DNA of 63,899 nt, filler included, from Octopus bimaculoides (taxonomy: Eukaryota): NCBI RefSeq assembly GCF_001194135.2. It is 7 parts of 7 records of this genome, joined end to end, with 100 filler letters (N's around TTAATTAATTAA, not from the genome) between each part and the next. Parts side by side here need not be neighbours in the genome. Positions count along the whole stretch, not along the records: positions 1 to 26,280 come from NC_068995.1; positions 26,381 to 32,867 come from NC_068988.1; positions 32,968 to 41,848 come from NC_069000.1; 4 more parts are not named here. One strand, given 5' to 3'. Below are positions 25,711 through 39,754 of the stretch, one piece after another. A model generated the notes under the pieces. The model was given only the letters and a program-made list of their open reading frames with translations, had not been told where the DNA came from and did no database searches. The translations under genes were made by a program, and so were the position numbers. Positions within the stretch are counted from its first letter, which is position 1. Every line of letters starts with the position of its first letter.

Positions 25711-25935
25711 TATAAATACGATTATACATAAACGTAATTGTATATAATAATGTACATATATAGATAGATAGATATTTATGTAAAATATATATTTGTATAA
25801 ATAAGTGGAAGCTTATTAATCTGTCCCCGTGAGCATATTCTTACGTGATAACTTTACATGTGTGTGTGTGCGCGTGCGCGTGTGTGAGTAGGAACTGAGG
25901 AAGCTTTATACATACATAAATACATACATACATGC

Positions 25936-25975
<40 letters not shown>

Positions 25976-26280
25976 GTTTATATGCGTACGATCATTCATA
26001 TGAGTGTTTGTATATATGTGTGAGGGGGGGTGGCGTATGCGAAAAACTATGTATGCGTGTATAAATATAAATTTATGCAAATGTGTGTGGGTGTGTAGAG
26101 CATGTGTGTATGTGGAGGTGTGTGTATGTGTGCATGTGTGTGTGTATGTGTGCGTGCGCGTTAATGTGGGCGAGCGTGTACGTGGGTGCGAGTTCAAGTG
26201 TATCAATATCTATCAGCATTTACACTTTTTATCTGCTTCAATTTGTGAGTGTATATATGTATATATATATATATATATAT

Positions 26281-26380
26281 NNNNNNNNNNNNNNNNNNNN
26301 NNNNNNNNNNNNNNNNNNNNNNNNTTAATTAATTAANNNNNNNNNNNNNNNNNNNNNNNNNNNNNNNNNNNNNNNNNNNN
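26281..26380. other. Artificial assembly join: 44 N + TTAATTAATTAA + 44 N (also 32868-32967, 41849-41948, 47462-47561, 59455-59554, 62376-62475)
   Basis: Six 100-bp blocks of the same layout. TTAATTAATTAA places stops in all six frames and is a known contig spacer. Confidence 0.95.
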
Positions 26381-26436
<56 letters not shown>

Positions 26437-26679
26437 GAAATACACGCACACACACACACACATACAATATTTGCTTGTGCGTGTGTGCGTGTATATGTGA
26501 CATAACCTCTCGTCGCACAAAGAAATATATGCTGAAAATCCAAATGTTTTGTCTAAAGACTTTAAACCTCGAAACAATTAAGTACAGTTACTGAGATTTG
26601 GTTCTGTAAACAGCGAAACTGATTCTAAAAAATGAATATCAATACATGTATCTTTCATCCTGTACTAATTTAAGCATAA

Positions 26680-27450
26680 GAGCTGTGCTCATTCTGGGGG
26701 CATTACCGTTAGCTTTACTTTAAACCTCCTCAGCTATTTGTCATTTGGTGACTGAAGGAATTTGATAGTTACGTTTCCTTTCGTAGCTCTTGAAAGGACA
26801 TCAAATTTTGTTTTAAACACACCTACATTCAACTCATGTTGGACTCTCTGACTTTTTGGGAGGATATTGTAGAGCTTGAATATCAGAGTGTTGCAGTATC
26901 AGGTTTGTATTCATGATGACGACGTGTGGATGTTTGGCACTATGCACTGGCTCCACGCTTTGCTGTTTGTATATCGTTCAATGCATAAGTTTGGTACAAG
27001 TGCTTCTTATATTTTACAAACGTATATCACTGCATATCTTTTCCGGCATGGTTCAGCCTTTCCCAGTATCTGAAATGTATTGAGACAATCTGTGTGTAGA
27101 TTCACTGGATTGCTTCGAGTTCCGCCGTTCATTTTACACTAAGTGGCAACCATATTTGGAAGTAGTAGTCTAATGGGTTTAGGACAAGTATCTTTCTAGG
27201 GACAATTCTAAAAGATCCATACGGCCACATGTCTGGATTTTATAACCAACTTAGTCTTATGCAAAGATGTAACATTTATCATACCAATGCCCAGATCGGG
27301 AACTAAGTTTGATACGGGAATTGGAATTCCTCCTGAATCAGCGTATCCTTGCTGAATGTCATTCAGCTTCGTGCGCTTGTAGCTCAGAGCTTGGAATGTT
27401 TCAGCATTAAATAGTACGTTGTTTTCCTTTGATAGCTGCATTTTGTGTTC
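26680..27450 (-). mobile_element. CR1/L2-group LINE 3' fragment (post-RT region of ORF2)
   Basis: Degenerate pieces NNVLFNAETFQAL...VPDLGI, ELEAIQ, YWERLN, KLYNILP and FKTKFD occur in the order typical of CR1-like ORF2 C-termini. Many stops and frameshifts. Confidence 0.7.
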
Positions 27451-28595
27451 AACTCCTGTAGTAGGTATCGTCAGAGAGGCATGGGTATCTTTTTATTTAT
27501 TTATAAACCAGGCTTCTTTTACTGCTCTCTTTTTTTATGGGAACGATGTACTCTATTCTCAATCTCTCAGTGTTGTTTTTAGGTGAGACTTTCACTACTT
27601 TTGAGATGTTTGTTCAGACAGTTGGCAAATTTTCTCCAGCGTCTAATGAAAATTTTCCTCTCCTTGAGATTCTTCTTCTTTTTGTCTGTTGTTCTTGTGC
27701 CCTGAGAAAGATTTGTCGAATATTGCTTGCATTAGAGACATGAAATGCTTAAGATTTATGTGAATTTCTGGTGGAGAGAAATATATATATCCAATTTGAG
27801 CTTCTTTTTCTGAATCAATTGCGAGTTTGCTTTAAGAATTGTAGGACTGGAGTGATTTCGAGTGCGTATAGGCTGTATATTTCCAGATTGTTTTAGAATA
27901 TTATTGGTCAGCATTCGTTTATGGCATATTATTTTAAGCTGAAAGTATATTATTTTGAATTGTCTTTTCACCCGCTTCAAATATACAAAGATGGATCGTC
28001 TCAGAAAATTATATATGTATATGCAGAAAAGTCCAACTGTTCATTGGCAATGATGTCATCGAGAGATAGGCCCCGAAACGGAGCAGATTTTCACCTGATG
28101 ACGCCATAAACTTGCTGGCTTCCGGTATACAGTGCTTTCAACCGGTAGAAGTTGCATGTGCAAGTTGTTTGCAAAAACACGTCTGTGAAATTTTCTTCAT
28201 ATTTTAGTGAAGAATGAAATATAAATTTTCTATTCTTACATAATATATTATATATATTCAAATTGTTACTTGCTTTTTTTTTATACAAAATGTGATAGTG
28301 ACAATGTTTCGCAATGGTATTCGTTGTACATAATGTTTGATTAAATTTATAGAAAACATATTAACGATAAAATTACGAAAAGAGATTTTCTAATGTTTCT
28401 TTACACTGAGGAATTTCAGACAGCTGCCAAAACATATAACGTATAATTTTCATAAATATTTAATTCAGAACGAGGCAGTAGTTTTCTTTTTTCCAAGAGA
28501 TGCATCGTGAATGCTATTCTGGACACTTTGCTGACAATGCAGTCTGTGAAAGTCATAGGAAGTGAGTGTTAGTAATAACGTACGTACACACTATA

Positions 28596-29849
28596 TTAGG
28601 TTGTCGAGTATGAAATTTGTAGAAAAGGAAAAAATGTGCTAATGTTTTATAAATACAAGGAATAGTTTTATTCATCAAAGTATGCACCCATTTTGTCAAT
28701 ACACTTTTGCCATTTCAGCAGTAGCCTGGCAATCTAGAGTCAATAATCTCTTGCAAGGCCTGTTTTACAGCATCATCGGAATTAATTTTTTTTCGTATCA
28801 AAACGTTATTCAAATTCTGGAAGAAGTGGTAGTCAGTGGGAGCAAGATCATGTATTAATAGTGGATGATGGAGAACTTCTAACTCCAAATCCTGTAGTTT
28901 TTGCGAATGACACTTTTGGCGATGTGCGGTCTGGCGTTGTCACACAATAAAACAGGAGTGGAACTGTTGACTAATCTAGGTTGTTTTTTTAAACTTTCGG
29001 CATCATTTGGTCCACTTGGCTGTAATATTCTTCGGCCGTAGTTGATGAGCCAGGTTTAATGAAACCATAATGGATCACACCTGCACTAGACCACCAAACA
29101 CATACCATCAGCTTCTTTTGATGAAGTTTGCTTTTTGGGGCGTGTTTTGGTGGCTCGTCTTTGTGCAACCATTGTGCTGAACGTTTACGGATATTGTATT
29201 GGATCCATTTCTCATCACATATTACAATTCGATACAAAAATGATTCATTTCTATGAAGAGGAAGTAGCATGATGCAAGCTTCCAAACGTTGCTGTTTCTG
29301 ATTTTCATTAATTTCAAGTGGAACCTACTTATCCAACTTTTTCACATTGCCGATTTGAACGAGGTGAGTCAATATTGTTTGCTTTCTAACACCAAACAAC
29401 AACGATAATTCATGGGAACTTTGAGATGGATCTGACTCAACAGTGGCGTTCAGTTCGTCATTATCCACCTTTGTTTCTTGTCGACTGCGTTGCTCATTTG
29501 TGAGGTCAAAGTTACCAGAAGGAAATTTTGCAAACAGATTTGACACTGTCTGCTGTGTAATAACATTAGAATGAAATTCTCCATTAATATTGCGAGTTGT
29601 CTGTGATGCTGTATTTCCAAGAAAGAACTCATATTTCAAAACTACGAATCTCCGACTCATCTATCTCTAAACAAAAATAGCAAAAATCAATTTATAAATA
29701 TTTTACAAAGCGCAAAATTAGTTAGAATAAAAAAAATAGATGTGTCAGCTTCCTAAGAAAAATTAAATATTGTCAAAATATAATAATTGCGCAAAATAAA
29801 CTGAACTTTACCAAATGCCTTACTACAAATTTCATACTTGACGACCTAA
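28596..29849 (-). mobile_element. Full-length defective mariner (Mos1-like) transposon, 1254 bp
   Basis: TIRs TTAGGTTGTCGAGTATGAAATTTGTAG / TTAGGTCGTCAAGTATGAAATTTGTAG, with TA on both sides (28594-28595, 29850-29851). Broken transposase pieces MSRRFVVLKYEF...KKLDK, RIVICDEKWIQY and KLHQKKLMVCVWW. Confidence 0.93.
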
Positions 29850-31700
29850 TAATTTAATACACTCGCGGTATTATTCTTTAATTTATATTCTATTCAATTG
29901 AATTGTAATTTCTTTTATTTTACTCGGTCAACTTTAGTATCGTCAATTAACATATCTAAATCAAGGAGTATTATTTTATCCGCTATACATGACACAATCG
30001 ATTCACTAGTAGGGTACTAATGTTTGCTTTTACCATATTAGTATTATACTTGTTTCAGTAATTGGATTGCGACCAAACTGGAGCAGCACTTTGGAGATTT
30101 AATCAAACAAATCGATCTAAGAAATTATTTTAAGTCTAGTACATATTCTATCGTTTAAAACAGTAAGGAGGAAAAACAGAGAGATACAGACACACACACT
30201 CTTACACACACACACTCTCACACACACACTCTCTCACACACACACTCTCTCACACACACGCTCTCACTCACACACACACATACACACAAACGAGGCCATT
30301 AACTAGCCAAAAGTTAATTGGTAAAAATATTATTCCACTGCATAGAAGGAACGTCCGCTTCAGCAGCGCTGAGCTATGGAACTAACTTTGAGAGAAAGGT
30401 GGTAAACAGATTCAATGTATTTGTTTATGCTAGCCTGTGAGTTTTCATATTCACATATCTGTGAATATGAAGAAGTTGTGGAAATATACATGATAAACAT
30501 AAAACGTAAAACTTTGCAAAGTTGACGAGAATAAGATTGATAGTGTCCTTGCATGAAAATCAACGTTCCATTCAAGGTGCTGTTCCACCATAGGTAGCTG
30601 ATGAATGGCCAATGCCATTAAGAGATTAAAACAGTCTTATAAATGACTTCTCAATGTAGAATTTACTTTAGAATTAGTAAGAGTTTTTTTTTATAAGAAA
30701 TTATAGCAAGAAAATTATGTTGAATAAATGACAGATATTTTAGTAGTGAAGAGAGTTTAATAAGTCTGCATCTTTATATGAATATCCTATATGATAGAAA
30801 AGGATAAAATATAAATTGTGGATGCTGTAGTTTGAAATGAGGAGCTTAAGATGATGTAATTAAATAATAGCAGCCCAATACCAGGGGCTGTGCCTCACTT
30901 ATTTGATGATAGTACTTTATTGCATTAGTGCAATGTCACAATTTAAGGTATAATCGACCATATCGAACACAGCATTTGATCTTTGCTTTGCACTACCAAC
31001 GTTAAAGGACGAAAGGAAAGCAGATCTCGGTGATGTAACCCCGGTTATGAACAGCGGCATAAACGCAGAGCGAGAGGACAGTGCCCGAATAATTCACTAA
31101 TACCCAATGGAATGTATGTGTTGCTTATGCGCTCGCTTAAACGGAGTTATCTTTCTCCGAATGGAAATCAACAACAGAATGAAATTTTCATCTGTTGTTT
31201 GAATCTGTGAGTACAAGTTAACAATGGATACACTTATCTTCTTTACATATACGCATACATACATACATACATACATACGGACAGACAGACAGACAGACAT
31301 ACATATCATACATCTCATGGATTGATCAATTCTGCTTTCTTCAATCAATAGAGAAAGAGTCTTACGTTGAAATGAATGCACATAAGTTGTTTACATATAT
31401 ACACACCTACATACGTACATACACACATCCATACATGCCTATATACATACATGCATACATCTCAATTCCGCTTTCATCAATCAACGCAGCAAGGGTTTTA
31501 CGTAGAAATATGTCCGAAGAGTTTGGGTATCGAGTAATTAATATAATCTAATATAAAAAGATGTGCCACTTATATTTATACAATTCTCTATGGTCATGGC
31601 AACTGGCACTTTACTTAAAAGTATTTTATGTACGTTCATGCGATGGAAAATATCTTTTAGTTTAGTTTCTTTGTCTTTTTTCATTTAATTCATACGTTTA

Positions 31701-31770
31701 CACAGACATACGCACACAAACACAGACATACGCACACAAACACAGACATACGCACACAAACACAGACATA
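31701..31770 (+). repeat. 20-bp tandem repeat (acacagacatacgcacacaa) x ~3.5
   Basis: Directly visible. Confidence 0.9.
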
Positions 31771-32546
31771 CACGTGTGTCTGTTTTGTCCCTGTCTCTAG
31801 CGGTCCCTGACTTTAACTTCTTCTATCGCTTTATATGTGTGTACATATATTTATATGTACGTATATATATTTAGACGCTCTCACACATACACACACACCC
31901 ACCCACATATGATAGTGAATATTTATTTATGTCTTTGAAAAGTATTCATTGCCAGATAGTTAGATAGAGACATTTGAAACTATCAAAAGGGAAGACAATA
32001 TAAATTTTATGTCACCTAGTTACAATATTAGTGACCAAATAATATATAAAGGGAAAATCATACTTCTATAGTTTAATATCATATTTTCGACACGTAATTA
32101 TTACTGACGTAAGAGCAAAAGGAGACTACATGCATGAAATGCAGGAAAACAAGTATTGAAATTCTAAATTTGATTTTAAAATATTTCCTCTCTTTGATGT
32201 AGAGGAATATAAAATTAATGAAAAAAATATATATAACTAAACCTATTCAATGTACATATGTAAAAGCTCTCGTAATATATTTTTTTACAAGTTTAACTCA
32301 GACAAAAAAAAAATGTAACAGTTTAAAGTCGTGCCTGTTAATAAATCAAAATTGTGTAGGAAATAATATACACTGTTTGATATCTACTGAGGAAGCTGCT
32401 ATGTATAACGTTTACTTATATGTATNNNNNNNNNNNNNNNNNNNNNNNNNNNNNNNNNNNNNNNNNNNNNNNNNNNNNNNNNNNNNNNNNNNNNNNNNNN
32501 NNNNNNNNNNNNNNTATATATATATATATGCGTGTGTGTGTGTGCG

Positions 32547-32578
<32 letters not shown>

Positions 32579-32967
32579 CACGTATGTGTGTGCATATTTT
32601 TGTGTATCCGTGTATGTCTAAAAGTATAAATACATACACAATTGTATATATCTGTATATGTGTATGTATATCCCAAAATACATGTTTACTGTGTATACAT
32701 CTGTGCTTACATGCCGACAGTTACACACGCACATATACTCTAGCATACATATACGTTTGTGTCTGGGTGATGTGAAAGAGTTTAGTGAATACCATGAAGA
32801 GTGTTTTATGATTTACATTGCTGATAATAATTTGTGATGTGAATATTTTAAGTATATATATATATATNNNNNNNNNNNNNNNNNNNNNNNNNNNNNNNNN
32901 NNNNNNNNNNNTTAATTAATTAANNNNNNNNNNNNNNNNNNNNNNNNNNNNNNNNNNNNNNNNNNNN

Positions 32968-33008
<41 letters not shown>

Positions 33009-33025
33009 AATATGTATATATGTAT

Positions 33026-33057
<32 letters not shown>

Positions 33058-33412
33058 GTGTGGTTATTTTGTAGATTTCAAGTTTTGTGCCGTTAGTAGA
33101 AAGGAATATTAACAAGGAAATATATTAAGATTAATAGCTACGTATTATATGTAGATGCGTACTGATAGCAATAGGATAGATGTATGCATAAATAATTATA
33201 TATTAGAGAGATATGTATATTGGTATTGGTGTTTTATCTGTCTATATCTATCGCTCTACCTATATACGTGTATGTATGTATTATACAGATGCAGTGTGTT
33301 AATATAAATAGTTATATATTACAGGTGTATGGATATTGGCATCAGTATTTATATCCACATATGTATGTGTGTGTATATGTACACACACATACACACGCAC
33401 ACAAACACACAC

Positions 33413-33463
<51 letters not shown>

Positions 33464-34124
33464 NNNNNNNNNNNNNNNNNNNNNNNNNNNNNNNNNNNNN
33501 NNNNNNNNNNNNNNNNNNNNNNNNNNNNNNNNNNNNNNNNNNNNNNNNNNNNNNNNNNNNNNNNNNNNNNNNNNNNNNNNNNNNNNNNNNNNNNNNNNNN
33601 NNNNNNNNNNNNNNNNNNNNNNNNNNNNNNNNNNNNNNNNNNNNNNNNNNNNNNNNNNNNNNNNNNNNNNNNNNNNNNNNNNNNNNNNNNNNNNNNNNNN
33701 NNNNNNNNNNNNNNNNNNNNNNNNNNNNNNNNNNNNNNNNNNNNNNNNNNNNNNNNNNNNNNNNNNNNNNNNNNNNNNNNNNNNNNNNNNNNNNNNNNNN
33801 NNNNNNNNNNNNNNNNNNNNNNNNNNNNNNNNNNNNNNNNNNNNNNNNNNNNNNNNNNNNNNNNNNNNNNNNNNNNNNNNNNNNNNNNNNNNNNNNNNNN
33901 NNNNNNNNNNNNNNNNNNNNNNNNNNNNNNNNNNNNNNNNNNNNNNNNNNNNNNNNNNNNNNNNNNNNNNNNNNNNNNNNNNNNNNNNNNNNNNNNNNNN
34001 NNNNNNNNNNNNNNNNNNNNNNNNNNNNNNNNNNNNNNNNNNNNNNNNNATAGTTACTTATTATTAAATTACGAAATTATATATGTGAGTGCTTAAAAAG
34101 ATATTTATGCGTATATATAAATAA

Positions 34125-34157
<33 letters not shown>

Positions 34158-34161
<4 letters not shown>

Positions 34162-35226
34162 GTTGCCAATTAAGTTCCCACCATTTTTTAAAATTTAAAT
34201 TTTTTAAAAGGTTTAATAAAAGAATAACAACTAATTAATCAATAATGTATTCACCCTTGTTGTTTACAACTCCTTCCCAACGTTCAGCAAGATTTTCAAT
34301 ACCTCATTGGTAGAAATCACCCGATTTCGACACGAAAAATCGATCCAACCAAGCTCTCAATTCTGCATCCGTATTGAACGAAACCCCGCGCATAGCATTT
34401 GAAAGAGATCGAAAGAGGTGGGAATTCGTTGGTGCCAAATCAGGAGAGTCCGGCAGGTGTGGCAGCACTTCCCAGTCATGCGCTTGAATGGCTTCCATGG
34501 TCATATTGGCGATGAGGGCGGGCGTTGTCGTGCAGCAGAAGAACTCCATGATACCGATTAGGTCTTTTCTCTTGAATTACCGTGTTGAGTCATTCCATCT
34601 GTTGAACATAGAGCTCCGCCTTGACCGTTTGGTTCCGTTCAAGCAATTCGTAATGGATAATCCCTTCCCAGTACCACCATACGCACAACATCGTTTTACG
34701 CGGATGAAGATCTTGTTTTACGCGCGGTGTCGCCATTCCTTAAGCTGCTTCATATTGATCTACAGGCACCATTTTTCGTTGCCAGAACGATTCGGTAAAT
34801 AAATCGTTGCTTGTATTCATGAGTTGAGCGGTGACGAGCAAGCAAACCAGCGGAGATTGTGGCTCGTTGATTTTTGTTGTTGTCACTTAAAGCATGCGGA
34901 ACCCATGCTCTATACTTCTGAACCTTTCCCGTCGGGTGAAGATGCTTCTCTAAGGCATTCTATTTTATCTGCCAGTTCCCTTGTTGTTTGACGAGAATTT
35001 TCGCGCAAAAGTTGGTTTAATCGCTCTTCATCGAACTCAACTGGACGGCCAGAACGAGGTGCGTCTTTGAGGTCAAAATTTCCATTTTTGAACTTAGCAT
35101 ACCAATCGCGAGTGGTTCTCTCAGGTATGGCACCCTCTCCATACACATCACAAATGCCACGATCAGCTTTTGCGGCCTTAGAACCTTGATTAGAAGAAAA
35201 AAAGGTGTCGAAAATGCTCGTTTTTC
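34158..35226 (-). mobile_element. Defective mariner transposon; 5' end lost in gap
   Basis: TA-TTGGGTTGCC terminus at 34158. Fragments DWYAKFKNGNFDLKDAPRSGRPVEFDEERL and WEVLPHLPDSPDLAP match mariner HTH and catalytic-domain motifs. Confidence 0.9.
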
Positions 35227-35700
35227 TTAAGTTGACATTCCATTTTNNNNNNNNNNNNNNNNNNNNNNNNNNNNNNNNNNNNNNNNNNNNNNNNNNNNNN
35301 NNNNNNNNNNNNNNNNNNNNNNNNNNNNNNNNNNNNNNNNNNNNNNNNNNNNNNNNNNNNNNNNNNNNNNNNNNNNNNNNNNNNNNNNNNNNNNNNNNNN
35401 NNNNNNNNNNNNNNNNNNNNNNNNNNNNNNNNNNNNNNNNNNNNNNNNNNNNNNNNNNNNNNNNNNNNNNNNNNNNNNNNNNNNNNNNNNNNNNNNNNNN
35501 NNNNNNNNNNNNNNNNNNNNNNNNNNNNNNNNNNNNNNNNNNNNNNNNNNNNNNNNNNNNNNNNNNNNNNNNNNNNNNNNNNNNNNNNNNNNNNNNNNNN
35601 NNNNNNNNNNNNNNNNNNNNNNNNNNNNNNNNNNNNNNNNNNNNNNNNNNNNNNNNNNNNNNNNNNNNNNNNNNNNNNNNNNNNNNNNNNNNNNNNNNNN

Positions 35701-36028
35701 GGTTTTAGTCGAACAAATCGACCCTCAGGACTTATTCTTTGTTAGCTTAGTACTTATTCTATCGGTCACTTTTGCCGAACAGCTAAGTCACGGGGACATA
35801 AATATACCATCATCGGCTGTCAAGCGATAGTGGGGGTACAAACACAGACACAAAGACACACTCATAAATATATAGGACGGTTTTTTTTTTTTCAGTTTCC
35901 GTCTACCAAATCCACTCACAAGGCCTTGGTCGGCCCGAGGCTAAAATAGAACTCACTGTCCCAAGGTGCTACGCAGTGCGACTGAACTCGGAAGCTTGTG
36001 GTTGCGAAGCAAGCTTCTTACCACATAG

Positions 36029-36030
<2 letters not shown>
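35701..36030 (-). mobile_element. SINE family A
   Basis: Reverse-complement match to the family motifs. Confidence 0.85.
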
Positions 36031-36068
<38 letters not shown>

Positions 36069-36576
36069 GTGTATATATGTGCCTGTGTTTGTGTGTGTAT
36101 GCGTATGTTTCCATGTATTTATGCGTGTATTTGCGTACGTTTGTATGTGTACTAACATACATCCGTATATACAATCAGCTATCCATTCATTCAGACACAC
36201 ACACACACACACACACAAACTCAATATGCCTGTGCCAGCCCACAGGGCCAGTATGTCATCAGGATGTCATTGGTGTTAGCGGGTCATTTAGCGATGTCAC
36301 AAAACACATCCGAAATGTAAAGATATCTCCCTTAGGACCTGTCTTACTTTTTTGCCGCTAGATTAATGAAGCTATTAAAAACGGATTCTGAACATGTCAG
36401 TGAAAGTGAAACTCTGATAGCGACCACATACAGCTCCCTGGACTCGGTGTATGTGCGTGTGTGTGCCGGGGGGGGGCAGTAGATGCGATGCTGGTTGGGA
36501 GACCCTGCACAGATTTCTATGTACGTATGTATGCATGTATATGCATGCATACGTACATACATACATACATACATAT

Positions 36577-36729
36577 GTGGCTGTGTGGTAAGAAACTTGC
36601 TTCCCAACCACATGGTTCCGGGTTCAATCCCATTGCGTGGCACCTTTGGCAAGTTTCTTCTACTATAGCCTGGGGCCGACCAAAGCCTTGTCAGTGGATT
36701 TGGGCGATGGAAACTGAAAGCAGCCCGTC

Positions 36730-36777
<48 letters not shown>

Positions 36778-36920
36778 TTGTGTGTCAATTTGTGTATGTT
36801 TCTGTGTCTGTGTTTGTCCCCCCCTCCATCGCTTGACAACCGATCTTGGTGTGTTTACGATCCTGTAACTTAGCGGTTCGGCAAATAGTGGTTCACTAGA
36901 ATACGTACCAGGCTTACAAA
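36577..36920 (+). mobile_element. SINE family A
   Basis: tggctgtgtggtaagaaacttgcttcccaaccacatggttccgggttc head with internal (TG)n. Confidence 0.88.
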
Positions 36921-36924
36921 CAAT

Positions 36925-37097
36925 AACACACACACAGACACACACACAGACACACACAGACACACACACAGACACACACAGAGACACACACACACACACA
37001 CACAGACACACACACAGACACACACACAGACACACACACAGACACACACACAGACACACACAGACACACACACAGACACACACACAGACACACACAC

Positions 37098-37159
<62 letters not shown>

Positions 37160-37160
37160 G
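36925..37160 (+). repeat. (CACAGACA)-type compound repeat followed by (GATA)n
   Basis: Directly visible. Confidence 0.9.
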
Positions 37161-38400
37161 ATTTATCCGTTCAATTTGTTTTTCTCATTTTTTTTTTTTT
37201 TTTCAATAATTTTAACAAACAAGTCAATAATATAGTTTCCTTCATTGTTCACGACTTCTTACCAATATTCCACAAACTTGTCGATGCGTTGACGTAGAAA
37301 TCACTGAGTCTTGACTCAAAGAATTCATCAAACTACGTTTCCAGCTCGACGGCATTGTTGAAGAAACGCCTTGCAGACTATTGGAGAGTGACCGAAAAAG
37401 GTGAAGTCGCTCTATCAGGAGAATTCTGTGTGTATGGTAGAACCTCCCAACAGAACTCTTGTTTAGTATTTTTGGTCAAACTAGCGATATTAGGGCGAGT
37501 TTTGTTGTATTGAAGAAGCACACCTTGTCAGCGTGCAGGTCGTTTCAGTTGTATTGCCTCACCCGGCGCATTTGCTGGACTTAACGCTCTCCGTTGACCG
37601 TGTGGTTGTTTTCAAGCATTTCGGAGTGGATTAGCACAGAGCCGTCTTAATAGCATTATGGGCTCCCGAGCCAATCAATGCAGAGGGCCCTATAGTATCT
37701 ATTTATTAACAACAAGCCACGACATACATAGATCAGAAATAGACCCTTACACCTGTGAGGCCCCTTGTCTTAAAACGGCACTGGATTAGCCTATGTTAAT
37801 CCCACCAAATGCAGACCAATGTCTTGTGTGGGTGTAGCTCTGGCTTGGTTCCAGGTATTGTTTGCTAGTCGAGACTCAACCGTTCTTTTCTCTGCTTTAT
37901 TTTGACGTAAACACACCGTTTTCTAATCATCAGTGACGATGCGGTGAAAACATTTTTGTTTGTATCCATTAGTAACTTGGTGTCAAACGAGCAAACTAGT
38001 GGAAGCTGAGAAACGCTGGAGTTTGTCTCTTTCATCGAAGCCTGTGGCAGCCATGAACCGAGGTTTTTGACTTTATCCACCAAGTGACGGGCGACGGTAT
38101 GATGAAAACATCCTCTCCGTTGGGCCAAATTCTTTGATGGATTTGCGCAAATCCTCATGGATGAGTCTGTTCAATCAATCTACATTGAACTAAACAAGTC
38201 TGCTGGAATAAGAAGAGTCTTTCAGGTTGAATTTTCTCTCCTTGAAGTGTGAAAACCATTTCTGTGTTGCTGCATTAGTAACAGCACGATTGTTCCGTGC
38301 GGCTTTGACAGCTTCGGAACGGTAACTGAAATCGAAGAGAAATAAAAGTCAAAAATATTCTTTTGGTTTTCTTTTTTTTTTTTTTTTCCTATTCGGAACT
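37160..38400 (-). mobile_element. Older degenerate mariner transposon interrupted by a MITE
   Basis: Frameshifted pieces KWFSHFKERKFNLKDS, HRIVTDD, PELHPHKTLVCIWWD and WEVLPYTQNSPD. TIRs not resolved, so ends are approximate. Confidence 0.8.
37637..37783. mobile_element. hAT-type MITE (147 bp) inserted into the mariner
   Basis: TIRs CAGAGCCGTCTTAA / CAGTGCCGTTTTAA; 8-bp TSD gattagca / gattagcc. Confidence 0.85.
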
Positions 38401-38547
38401 CATCAGCATTTATCTGGAAAAAGAAAAAAAGGTAAAACTCATTCGGATTTGAAAAACAATAAACAAAAGTTGTAAAAGAAAAATAAAACTACAAAAACCA
38501 TAAAACATTGCGATGAAGAAACGAAAGAATTTGTCTGACAGTCCAAG

Positions 38548-38578
<31 letters not shown>

Positions 38579-38702
38579 NNNNNNNNNNNNNNNNNNNNNN
38601 NNNNNNNNNNNNNNNNNNNNNNNNNNNNNNNNNNNNNNNNNNNNNNNNNNNNNNNNNNNNNNNNNNNNNNNNNNNNNNNNNNNNNNNNNNNNNNNNNNNN
38701 NN

Positions 38703-38745
<43 letters not shown>

Positions 38746-39754
38746 ACACAAACATTTCGAAGCTGTGCTTCATCGTGACTGCCAAAAGCTATACAGACAT
38801 GAAAACATAAAAACAAAACGGGTGAGATACATCGAGAGAGAAAGAATGTGAGGTGAAGGGGGGAGGGGCAATGCGACGAGTGAGCAGTGGGGTGTGCAGG
38901 GGTTGCTCTGTCCAAACGAGGTCAGTGCTCTCAGCTGTGACTCTGCTTGACCTTCATGGAGATGGAAATTTAATATTACTTTACCTTTCTCTGACCATTT
39001 TTACTACCATGTCTTGGTGGCATCATCACCATCATCATTAGCATCACCATCACTACTATTACTACTACAATAACTATTACTGCTACCACCACCACCACTA
39101 CTACTGCTACAACTGCAATAACAGTGTCACCACGGTGCCATAGGACTGTCCAAACAGTGCCACTTAGTAACCATAACATCAAGAGAAACAACAATAACAG
39201 GAAGTCACCCACCCTTTACCTTCCACTATACCACCACCACCACCACCATCAACTTCATCAACAATCAACAACACCACTAGCACCTCCGCTGCCGCCGCTA
39301 CCATCATCAACATCACCACCGCCGACACTATCATCATCATCATCATCATTACAAAGAATGCCTGGAAGCATTTTGTTCGACGCGCTAATGATTCTGCCTG
39401 CTCATCACGTAAATAATAATTGTTTCAAAATTTGGCTGAAGGCCAGTACTTATTACGGGTCGTACTTGGCTGGTACTTTCGACCCTGAAAGCATGAAGTT
39501 AACCTTGGAAGTATTTGAACTTACAACATAAATAACCGGAAGAAAATACCACAAAACATTTTGTTCTGCCAGCTCGCCAATAATTTTAGCTATTATTTCT
39601 AATATAGGTACGAGGCGGTTCAATTTTAGTGACGGGTAGTGTTATCCATTGAATTCGACCCTATTATATGACTGGTATCATATTTTATCCACTACGAATT
39701 ATTTCTTTTGTAACTAACAAGGATTTTAATTGTGATTGTAATTAGAATTTAACC

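Noticed and set aside
28070-28110. GAAAC and CTGATGA close together
   Set aside because: Order and spacing allow no hammerhead stems; insufficient support.
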